In this document: in pieces, positions 8,811-16,291 of the stretch
Layout: the number at the start of each line of letters is the position of its first letter
How positions within the stretch are numbered: position 1 is the stretch's first letter
Assembly (NCBI GenBank): GCA_050299435.1
Contig: JBNKVX010000004.1
Span: 224-64,223, forward strand
Direction: 5' to 3'
DNA from: Cellvibrionaceae bacterium
GTDB taxonomy: Bacteria; Pseudomonadota; Gammaproteobacteria; Pseudomonadales; Cellvibrionaceae
DNA: 64,000 nt
Program-made: the position numbers and the translations under genes
Notes under the pieces: model-generated
The model's database searches: none
Told to the model about the DNA's origin: nothing
Seen by the model: only the letters and a program-made list of their open reading frames with translations

Positions 8811-9749
8811 ATGATTAATAAATTTCTATTAGCGCTGATTTTCACTTTTACTTTCAGTCAAGCCTGGTCTTTGGAAGCCGAGACCATGGAGGAATCTGAA
8901 TTAGCAATGGATTCTGCTGACTTATCCGAGATGTCGGCTGAAGAACAGCAATATATGGATTGGGCAAAAGGGGTTTGGGAAACATTAGATAAACAAACTG
9001 GCACAATTCAACTTAGTGGCACAGGGGCCAGCCTGGAAGTACCCGAAACTTTCTACTATTTGAATTCCAAAGATGCCGAGACAGTGCTTGTTGATGTCTG
9101 GGGTAACCCACCAGGCCAGAATGTAATTGGCATGTTATTTCCAGCAGATCTCACACCTTTTGACCCGGAATCGTGGGCCGTTACCATCGAGTATGAGGAA
9201 GACGGTTATGTTTCTGACGATGACGCTGAAGAAATTGACTACAACGATTTACTTAAACAGATGAAGGATGATACCAAAGCGGCAAGCAAGGAACGATTGG
9301 ATGCAGGTTATGAAGCAATTGAATTAGTGGGTTGGGCTGCACCCCCCTATTATGACCAGCAAGCACACAAGCTTCACTGGGCGAAGGAAATTAAGTTTGG
9401 TGATAGTGCCGATCACACATTGAATTACAATATTCGGGTCTTGGGCAGAAAAGGCGTATTGGTGTTGAATTTCATAGCGGGAATGCATCAAAAACCACTC
9501 ATCGACGAAAATCTTGAAACCGTATTGGCTTTGGCTGATTTTGATCAAGGCTCACGTTATAACGATTTTAATCCTGAAGTCGACAGAATAGCTGCTTATG
9601 GTATCGGTGCGCTTGTAGCTGGAAATGTTCTAGCAAAAACCGGCATTTTTGCGATGATTTTGGTTTTACTTAAAAAGTTTGGAGTATTTATCGTTATTGG
9701 TATCGTAGCGTTGGGGCGCACGCTTCTTGGCAAAAAGAGTAATGAGTAG
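8811..9749 (+). CDS. DUF2167 domain membrane-anchored protein
   Basis: EDGYVSDDDAEEIDY, GWAAPPYYD, TLNYNIRVLGRKGVLVLN, IAAYGIGALVAG. Confidence 0.93.
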   Translation: MINKFLLALIFTFTFSQAWSLEAETMEESELAMDSADLSEMSAEEQQYMDWAKGVWETLDKQTGTIQLSGTGASLEVPETFYYLNSKDAETVLVDVWGNPPGQNVIGMLFPADLTPFDPESWAVTIEYEEDGYVSDDDAEEIDYNDLLKQMKDDTKAASKERLDAGYEAIELVGWAAPPYYDQQAHKLHWAKEIKFGDSADHTLNYNIRVLGRKGVLVLNFIAGMHQKPLIDENLETVLALADFDQGSRYNDFNPEVDRIAAYGIGALVAGNVLAKTGIFAMILVLLKKFGVFIVIGIVALGRTLLGKKSNE

Positions 9750-10044
9750 TTTTTCTCTTTGGTCACTTAACAGTTTTTTAATTCTCTATACGGCAATCTG
9801 TTTTGGATCTGAGGTCAATAGCCAGTGTTTTGGCACTACTTCAAGTGGCAGCTTAAAAGATGGTGTTAAGCTGCCTGCTGAAGGAAATAATTTTGTTGCT
9901 TACAGTACAACAGCGAGGATTGCCGGTCGCACTTACGTACACTCTTCGGTTCGGGATATTTTGATTGCCGCGTATAAAGCTTTGGAAAAAGAACAGCCTA
10001 GAAAAGTTTACAAGTAGGCAGAAACGGGGTTTTGCGAGAAGTAG
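9742..10044 (+). pseudogene. 5' fragment of a penicillin-insensitive murein endopeptidase-like gene
   Basis: SQCFGTTSSGSLKDGVKLP...GRTYVHSSVRD...KVYK*AETGF. In-frame TAG at 10015-10017, second stop at 10042-10044, catalytic half absent. Confidence 0.75.
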
Positions 10045-10050
10045 TTAAGC

Positions 10051-10356
10051 TTATTTACTCAAACTTTCCAATTTTTCCCAATGTTCATTGGTCGCCTTGA
10101 CTCCTTTCGCTGTGAGTTTAAGAAAGGTAATAGGCTTTTTCATTTTAAATATTTTTCTGATACTGATCAGTTTGTTTTCTTCTAGTTTGGAAAGGTGGCT
10201 TGATAGATTACCTTTTGTTAGACCAGTAATCGTCATTAAATAGGTAAAATCCGCTTCTTCACATTCAGACAACACGGTGAGTATTGCCAGCCTTGAGGGG
10301 TCGTGAATTAATCGGTCCAGATTGGCGATATTCTGAATTCGATTTTCCGCATTCAT
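10051..10356 (-). CDS. Winged-helix transcriptional regulator (ArsR/MarR-like, HTH_34 type)
   Basis: LDRLIHDPSRLAILTVL...ADFTYL...GLTKGNLSSHLSKLEE. Confidence 0.9.
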   Translation of the reverse strand: MNAENRIQNIANLDRLIHDPSRLAILTVLSECEEADFTYLMTITGLTKGNLSSHLSKLEENKLISIRKIFKMKKPITFLKLTAKGVKATNEHWEKLESLSK

Positions 10357-11018
10357 TGATTTTGCACTCTTGCGCGAGCCAAGCCCAAGGCGTCCATCAA
10401 GCTACTGTGGGTTTTCACCCCCATCAATAACACCATTATCCCGGAGCAAAAGAAACATAAACCCACGAGGCGACGCATATAGTTCAACTCATCATTGATC
10501 AGCTCAGAAAATATAATTGGCCCAGCGATGACTGCGCCGAGCTGGATTGCAAAAAACACCAGAAAATAATATTTAAACTCCGCATGAATTCGAATAGCCA
10601 ATATCCAAAGCAAGCTTATCGCTACGCCCATGGCTGAAAAGGGTAAGAGATAATTGTAATCTACTATTAATGTGCCTATAACAAGCACCACAACAAAGAG
10701 GGTGAAGACCAGACGCTCTGTTCTCGACTTTTTATCGGCTATCACTCTTCCCACTTTTCTGTTGTACCAAAAATGTATAGGGATAATCGCGAAAAAGCCA
10801 AGATGAGCAATGGCTGTGAGTAAGTCCCACCCAATATTGCCCGTGATGTCGAAAAGGGAGGGGTTACTCATAACACTAGGATCAAAATGTGCGAACAGTA
10901 GTTTCGCACCGAGTACGAATAATAAAATTCCCCCGGGGATAGTCATGAGCCCGCGCTTGTCTTCCTGATTGCGCGTAATTTTTTTAATACGTTCAAGTTC
11001 GATCTTTTCACTAGCCAT
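10353..11018 (-). CDS. Multi-pass membrane protein of unknown function
   Basis: About six TM segments; GGAGG RBS before ATG at 11018; 4-bp overlap with the wHTH gene. Confidence 0.8.
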   Translation of the reverse strand: MASEKIELERIKKITRNQEDKRGLMTIPGGILLFVLGAKLLFAHFDPSVMSNPSLFDITGNIGWDLLTAIAHLGFFAIIPIHFWYNRKVGRVIADKKSRTERLVFTLFVVVLVIGTLIVDYNYLLPFSAMGVAISLLWILAIRIHAEFKYYFLVFFAIQLGAVIAGPIIFSELINDELNYMRRLVGLCFFCSGIMVLLMGVKTHSSLMDALGLARARVQNQ

Positions 11019-11034
11019 GACTTTGCCTCCGCTT

Positions 11035-11115
11035 TTTGGTTTGTATTGCAAACCTGTTTGCATACTATCAACCATTTAGGTTTATGTAAACTACTGGTTT
11101 GCAATACAAACCAAA
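11035..11115 (-). promoter_or_regulatory. Sigma70 promoter flanked by two identical inverted operators
   Basis: -35 TTTACA (11085-11090), 17 bp, -10 TAGTAT (11062-11067) on the minus strand. A perfect 20-bp inverted repeat at 11035-11054 and 11096-11115 has the palindromic core GGTTTG-N5-CAAACC in each arm. Confidence 0.8.
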
Positions 11116-11216
11116 TATCTACCAGCCCGCGAAAAGGTGGTGCTGATAGCGGTTCCACCTTTACGGCGCCCTAAAGAAAAAGGTGTAGAAAATCGTGTCA
11201 TTTTTTTGTATCGCAG

Positions 11217-11245
11217 CTTGAAATTTTACGCTTCGTTCCCAGATT
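11217..11245 (+). promoter_or_regulatory. Sigma32 (RpoH) promoter
   Basis: CTTGAA-N14-TCCCAGATT upstream of an IbpA-type sHsp gene. Confidence 0.7.
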
Positions 11246-11252
11246 ATTAGTA

Positions 11253-11328
11253 CGGAAGGGGGTCTTTTAAGAGCTCTTCCGCAAACAACTGTTTTTGTTT
11301 CATATTGCTTAACGGAGGATATGTTATG
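11253..11328 (+). ncRNA. ROSE-type RNA thermometer (cis-regulatory 5' UTR)
   Basis: Three hairpins. The last, CATATTGCTT-AACG-GAGGATATG, pairs TTGCT with the SD and leaves the diagnostic bulged G. Confidence 0.85.
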
Positions 11329-11793
11329 AACGCAATTGATCTCAGCCCTCTCTACAGAAATAGCGTCGGTTTCGACCGTTTAGCCAATTTGCTGGACAAC
11401 GCATTCCGCGCAGACTCTGTAACCACTGGTTATCCACCCTACAATATCGAAATGCTCGGCGAGAACCGTTATGCCATCACCTTGGCGGTCGCCGGTTTTG
11501 ATCGCAGCGAAATCGATATCAGTGTGGAACAGGGCGTTTTGTTAGTCCGCGGTAAAAAAGAAGACGAGCAGGAACGCAAATTTCTCCATCAAGGTATTGC
11601 CAACCGCGCCTTTGAACGCAAGTTCAGTTTGGCTGACCACGTTGAAGTCACTGGTGCAGAGTTAAACAACGGTTTGTTAACAGTAAGCCTGATGAAGGAA
11701 ATTCCAGAGGCAATGAAACCTCGCAAAATTGAAATTCATTCGGCGACAGCGAAGGCAATCGAGCACGGCGCAAAAGAAGCTGACGCTGCCTAA
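11326..11793 (+). CDS. ibpA: Small heat shock protein, IbpA type
   Basis: DLSPLYRNSVGFDRL, YPPYNIE, FLHQGIANRAFERKF, NGLL. Confidence 0.93.
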   Translation: MNAIDLSPLYRNSVGFDRLANLLDNAFRADSVTTGYPPYNIEMLGENRYAITLAVAGFDRSEIDISVEQGVLLVRGKKEDEQERKFLHQGIANRAFERKFSLADHVEVTGAELNNGLLTVSLMKEIPEAMKPRKIEIHSATAKAIEHGAKEADAA

Positions 11794-11809
11794 AACAAGC
11801 GTTGTTAAT

Positions 11810-11873
11810 TTGGGCTGTGGCCTGTCGTTTCCTGGTTGCAGCCCAACCTTGAATACTTTTGATAGGAGCGACG
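11810..11873 (+). promoter_or_regulatory. Candidate pseudoknot whose loop pairs with the SD of the second sHsp
   Basis: 13-bp stem 11810-11822/11834-11846. Loop TGTCGTTTCCT is complementary to AGGAGCGACG (11864-11873). Confidence 0.55.
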
Positions 11874-11876
11874 ATT

Positions 11877-12428
11877 ATGAACTTACAACGAATCAAACCC
11901 TGGAATTGGTTTAAACACGAGGAGGATGTTCAAGCTACCGGCAATGTGCCTGTGAAAAAACACGATGATTTAAAAGCTGCGGGTAGAAGCATGTATGTGC
12001 CCTTGGCTAATTTCCACCGAGAAGTGGATCGCCTGTTTGACAATGTATTCAGTGGATTTCCTTCACTGTCTGGCACTTCGTCACTGATTGATGACAGCTT
12101 TTTTAAACCCCAGGTGGATATTTCGGGCAACGATAAAAGTTATGAAATTACTTTGAATGTTCCAGGACTGAAGCGAGAGGATATCAGTATAGAACTCCAA
12201 GGGGACTCTCTCCTGATTAAGGGAGAAAAACAGGAAAAGAATGAAAGTAAGGACAAGCATTACTATCGCATTGAGCGCAGTTACGGAACTTTTCAGCGCG
12301 TTTTGGCTCTACCGGAAGACGCCAATGCAAAAGAGATCAGTGCAGATTTAAAAGACGGTGTACTGTGTTTAACTGTTCCGCGTTCCACCGTAGCAAACAA
12401 AGAGGTTAAGCGCATTACTATCAACTGA
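11877..12428 (+). CDS. Hsp20/alpha-crystallin family protein (PWNWFK type)
   Basis: HREVDRLFD, PQVDI, VPGLKREDI, YRIERSYGTFQRVLALP, DGVLCL; SD AGGAG before ATG at 11877. Confidence 0.93.
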   Translation: MNLQRIKPWNWFKHEEDVQATGNVPVKKHDDLKAAGRSMYVPLANFHREVDRLFDNVFSGFPSLSGTSSLIDDSFFKPQVDISGNDKSYEITLNVPGLKREDISIELQGDSLLIKGEKQEKNESKDKHYYRIERSYGTFQRVLALPEDANAKEISADLKDGVLCLTVPRSTVANKEVKRITIN

Positions 12429-12454
12429 TCAGCTTTTTGATTTTGATTTTCAAT

Positions 12455-12477
12455 ACGGCGCGCGAGCGCCGTTTTTT
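12455..12477 (+). terminator. Intrinsic terminator between the second sHsp and degQ
   Basis: ACGGCGC-GCGA-GCGCCGT followed by a T run ending at 12477. Confidence 0.75.
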
Positions 12478-12491
12478 CACAGGAGTTCAAC

Positions 12492-13859
12492 ATGAATTTA
12501 TACAAAAGTAAGGCGTGGATTTTGGCTCTGATGTTTGCTTTCAGTATGCAAAGCGTACACGCGACCTTGCCTTTGACGACAGGTGATGGCCAAGTTTTAC
12601 CATCGCTCGCGCCGATGCTCAAAGAAGTGAATCCCGCTGTGGTGAATATTGCCACCTATTCGACGCGGCAACAGGTTTATAACCCTTTGATGAATGATCC
12701 CTTTTTTCGCCGCTTCTTTAATATTCCCGACCAGCCGCAAAATCAACCTCAACCCAGGCGTCAACAAAGTGCCGGCTCTGGTGTGATAGTTGATGCAAAA
12801 GAAGGTTTTGTGATGACCAATTATCACGTAATCAAAGAAGCCGACGAAGTGCATGTTGCGCTGGAAGATGGAAGAAGTTTTGAAGCTGAGATTGTTGGCT
12901 CCGATCCAGATCTCGATATTGCGATATTAAAAATCGAGGGAAAAAACTTAAGCCAATTAAAACTTTCTAACTCTGACGAATTGCTTGTGGGCGATTTTGT
13001 GGTCGCAATTGGCAATCCTTTTGGTTTGGGTCAAACCGTTACCACCGGAGTAGTTTCCGCGCTGGGACGTAGTGGCCTGGGAATCGAAGGTTTCGAGAAC
13101 TTTATTCAAACTGATGCTTCTATTAACCCGGGTAATTCAGGTGGGGCCTTAGTTAATTTACGCGGTGAACTCGTTGGAATTAACACGGCTATCATTGCGC
13201 CTGCCGGGGGAAATGTGGGTATTGGATTTGCGATTCCAGCTAATATGGCGAAGGCAAGCATGGATCAAATTGTCGAACACGGTGAAGTTCGACGTGGTCA
13301 AATAGGTGTGGGTATTCAAGATATCAATGCCGATCTTCGTGAAGCCTTTGATCTTAAAAATGGACAATCCGGCGTTCTGGTTACCCACGTGATTGAAGAC
13401 TCACCCGCAGAAAAAGCGGGCGTGATGCCTGGCGATATCATTGTGGAAGTCGACGATAAACCCACGCAATCAAGTGGTCAGCTTCGCAGTGCAATCGGTG
13501 TGAAAAATATTGGCGATAAAGTCAAAGTAACGCTTTTACGCAATGAGAAAAAAATGAACTTGACCATAAAAGTCGGTGAGTCGGCAAGTTTAACAAGCAG
13601 TAACACCAGTGTTAATAAATTGCTTGAGGGTGTGCAGTTTGAGAATGTCCGCACAGGCGATGGCGTTCTGGTTGCAGCGATTGCACCCAATGCCAAGGCC
13701 GCATTTTCCGGATTGCGACCTGGCGATATTATTGTGGGCGCGAATCGTCAACGCGTAAAAGATATTAAATCGCTTAATAAAGCGCTGGCACGCAGCAAGG
13801 ATTCCATCTTGTTGCATATCAATCGCAATGGAGGCGCGCTGTATCTGGTGATTCGTTAA
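12492..13859 (+). CDS. degQ: Periplasmic serine protease DegQ/DegP (HtrA) with two PDZ domains
   Basis: Signal peptide, SLAPML, catalytic TNYHVI / DLDIAIL / GNSGG, two PDZ domains. Confidence 0.93.
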   Translation: MNLYKSKAWILALMFAFSMQSVHATLPLTTGDGQVLPSLAPMLKEVNPAVVNIATYSTRQQVYNPLMNDPFFRRFFNIPDQPQNQPQPRRQQSAGSGVIVDAKEGFVMTNYHVIKEADEVHVALEDGRSFEAEIVGSDPDLDIAILKIEGKNLSQLKLSNSDELLVGDFVVAIGNPFGLGQTVTTGVVSALGRSGLGIEGFENFIQTDASINPGNSGGALVNLRGELVGINTAIIAPAGGNVGIGFAIPANMAKASMDQIVEHGEVRRGQIGVGIQDINADLREAFDLKNGQSGVLVTHVIEDSPAEKAGVMPGDIIVEVDDKPTQSSGQLRSAIGVKNIGDKVKVTLLRNEKKMNLTIKVGESASLTSSNTSVNKLLEGVQFENVRTGDGVLVAAIAPNAKAAFSGLRPGDIIVGANRQRVKDIKSLNKALARSKDSILLHINRNGGALYLVIR

Positions 13860-13891
13860 ATCATTAGTAACAATTTTAAAATTGCTTATGT

Positions 13892-13919
13892 GACGCTAGG
13901 TAGTTGACTATCTAGCGTC
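13892..13919 (+). terminator. Stem-loop after degQ, probable terminator
   Basis: GACGCTAGGTAG-TTGA-CTATCTAGCGTC, 12-bp stem with a weak U tract. Confidence 0.55.
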
Positions 13920-14081
13920 GCTTATACCCAATTCCACTTAAATTTCTTTCCATCCACACTCTTAAATCACCATTAACCGGTGATATTTTCCATTCACCCT
14001 AAAAACTCAACAGTCTTCGTTTACTGGCTTAAAGTATTTCTGTGTTTAGCTGAAACTGCTTGTCATAAGCCGGGAGAGCAC

Positions 14082-15365
14082 ATGAACCCTATTCGCTATG
14101 ATTTGAGCGCTTGCTTATTTTTCTCAATAGTCTTATCAACTTTTAGCCTGGCCGATGAAGATGACAGGCCAACTTATGGATTGAGTTTATCCATTTACAA
14201 GAAAATTGAATTTATAGAAGAAGGCGTTTCTGATTTAGACACACAATCTCAGGAGAATCGCGACTTTAGTTCGTTAATTGAATTTGCAGAAAAAAGTCTT
14301 GAACAATGTAAACGTTGCAACCCCTACGAACTCGCTACACTTTATCGCTATAGTGCCTGGTTGTATTACCAAGCTGAAAAATTTGAACAAAGTGAACAGC
14401 AATATCTAAATATTATTTTACTTTCACCGGAAATTCCTCTCACGTTTGAAGTGGATGCTTTACTTTCAGTGAGTAAAATTCAATTCCAACTTGAGAAGTA
14501 TAAAAGTGCAATCGAAAACCTGAATACACTTCAATCTTTAAATCACAACACTAGCGAGGTACTCGAACTGCTGGCAAATATTGAGTATCTGATTGAGGAA
14601 TACCCTGCTGCCCTGCTTCATATTAGCGAGGCCATCCAACTCGCGGCAAAGCAGGGACTGAAGCCAAAAGAAAAATGGCTACTGATGCAAAGAAATATCT
14701 ATTTCTCTCGGGAAGATTTTTCTGCCTGCCTGGAAGTGCAGAGAAAACTTGTGGAGCACTACAGCAAGGATGCTCATTGGCGAGATTTGGCAATTTTCTA
14801 TGGGATAGTGGGTGATGAAAACAATCAGCTTGCCGCCTTTGATGCAAGCTGGCTGCTAAACGGACTCTATAGAGAAAGCGATATTCTTAATTTCGCCTGG
14901 CTCCTGCAAAACGCCGATTACCCCTACCGCGCAGCGCAAGTGCTTCAAAGCGGAATGGAAAAAGGCCTTATCGCCCGTAGCGCTGATAATCTGAGCCTGC
15001 AAGCCCGCGCATGGTATCTGGCGAAAGAGTACGGCCGGGCAATTGCTGCGCTTGAACAAGCACAGGGTCTAGAAGCCAACGCCAATGTCTTGAGCTTTCT
15101 GAGTGATATTTATATGGAAAAAGATTTATATCAAGAAACCATCGAAACCGCTAACAAGGCACTTGAAGTCGGTAAGCTGAAATCGCCTGGTCGACTTCTT
15201 ATACAGAAAGGAATCGCTCACCTCAACCTGAAAGAGATTGATCTTGCTTTACACAGTTTTCAGCGAGCCTCTCTCTATAAAGGGGTGCACGAAACCGCTA
15301 CAAAGTGGATGAACCACGCAAAAAATGAGCAATTGCGCCTGACTCAACTCTCACTCACTTTTTAG
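14082..15365 (+). CDS. Exported tetratricopeptide-repeat protein
   Basis: GGGAGAG RBS and ATG at 14082; signal peptide; repeated TPR-like helices, e.g. YPYRAAQVLQSGMEKGLI. Confidence 0.8.
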   Translation: MNPIRYDLSACLFFSIVLSTFSLADEDDRPTYGLSLSIYKKIEFIEEGVSDLDTQSQENRDFSSLIEFAEKSLEQCKRCNPYELATLYRYSAWLYYQAEKFEQSEQQYLNIILLSPEIPLTFEVDALLSVSKIQFQLEKYKSAIENLNTLQSLNHNTSEVLELLANIEYLIEEYPAALLHISEAIQLAAKQGLKPKEKWLLMQRNIYFSREDFSACLEVQRKLVEHYSKDAHWRDLAIFYGIVGDENNQLAAFDASWLLNGLYRESDILNFAWLLQNADYPYRAAQVLQSGMEKGLIARSADNLSLQARAWYLAKEYGRAIAALEQAQGLEANANVLSFLSDIYMEKDLYQETIETANKALEVGKLKSPGRLLIQKGIAHLNLKEIDLALHSFQRASLYKGVHETATKWMNHAKNEQLRLTQLSLTF

Positions 15366-15536
15366 TTCTCCGTCTTTCATGTCATGCCCATCTTCAGCGC
15401 TTGCTTGCAAGCGCTCTTTTTTTCTATCGATTAAGGCTTGTTGCTGCTCGTATTTTTTCTTTTCCAGTATTTTGGACAAAATTAGACCCGTAATCACAAT
15501 AACGAGGGCAACAATGAAGGCACTTATCCAATTCAT
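15351..15536 (-). CDS. Small single-TM hypothetical protein
   Basis: 61 aa; N-terminal hydrophobic helix followed by a charged coil. Confidence 0.55.
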   Translation of the reverse strand: MNWISAFIVALVIVITGLILSKILEKKKYEQQQALIDRKKERLQASAEDGHDMKDGELKSE

Positions 15537-15575
15537 AACTTATGCTATCTTTTGATTCAGGAAGTACTAGTGTAA

Positions 15576-15617
15576 ATGATTCATATCAAATAAAAATCAT
15601 TGTGAGACTGCTAGAAT
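15576..15617 (+). promoter_or_regulatory. FNR class II promoter upstream of Yip1-cco
   Basis: ATGAT-TCAT-ATCAA (15576-15589) and -10 TAGAAT (15612-15617), with the same spacing as the hemN promoter. Confidence 0.8.
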
Positions 15618-15655
15618 ATTTCTGATTTTGGCTAAATAACAAAATTGGACAAACT

Positions 15656-16258
15656 ATGATCGCCAATCCCTTCGGTTTTTTGTTTTCTCCCGAAAAACAA
15701 TGGCAGCTCGCTGCCGAGTTAGACGACGCAAAATTTTTGGGCTGCCTGGCCTACCCCTTGTTACTTGCACTGATCCCCTGTGTTGCCTGGTACTACGGCA
15801 CAACGGTTAGTGGTTGGGGTGTGGGAGATGCTGGCGATGTGACGCGTCTGACGCCCGACAGTGCAATAAAGCTGATTGCAGCCTTTTACGTCACTATGAT
15901 CGTTTCGGTGGGCGTGGTGGGTTATGCCATCAGTTGGATGGCGAAGACTTACGGTATTAAAGCGAGCATCAGTAAAGGTATTGCAATCAGTGCCTTTTCT
16001 GCGACGCCGATGTTTATTATCGGTGTGGTCGGTTTTTTCCCCTTAATGTGGCTCGACCTTAGCCTCGGAATTTTTGCTTTGTGCTGGTCTGTATATTTGC
16101 TTTACCAGGGCATACCAATTGTGATGAAAATTTCCAAAGAGCAGGGCTTTCTTTACGCAAGTGCCATCATTGCGGTGTGTTGCGTGATTTTGATGTGCAT
16201 CATGGGCGGCTCAGTCATCCTTTGGGACAACGGTTTTATGCCCGTTTTTACCGATTAA
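15656..16258 (+). CDS. Yip1 family membrane protein (YohC-like)
   Basis: FLFSPEKQW, about five TM segments, YLLYQGIPIVMKISKEQGFLYASAI. Confidence 0.88.
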   Translation: MIANPFGFLFSPEKQWQLAAELDDAKFLGCLAYPLLLALIPCVAWYYGTTVSGWGVGDAGDVTRLTPDSAIKLIAAFYVTMIVSVGVVGYAISWMAKTYGIKASISKGIAISAFSATPMFIIGVVGFFPLMWLDLSLGIFALCWSVYLLYQGIPIVMKISKEQGFLYASAIIAVCCVILMCIMGGSVILWDNGFMPVFTD

Positions 16259-16291
16259 TTTTTCTTTCATTTTTATTAAGGTTAGTCTTCT

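Noticed and set aside
10015-10017. Amber read-through or pyrrolysine recoding
   Set aside because: Read-through adds only 8 codons before another stop and there is no pyl machinery; a pseudogene is the simpler explanation.
12286-12313. SigmaE-like GGAACTT-N16-TCTAC inside the second sHsp as a degQ promoter
   Set aside because: It lies in conserved coding sequence (YGTFQRVLAL) and upstream of the terminator; probably coincidental.
13930-14010. Loose TTCCA...TTAAA repeats and an ATCACC/GGTGAT dyad upstream of the TPR gene
   Set aside because: Irregular spacing and low complexity; not distinguishable from chance by eye.
1-15540. Accessory region as a discrete genomic island or prophage
   Set aside because: No integrase, transposase, tRNA, att repeats or phage genes are visible; it looks like piecemeal accretion.
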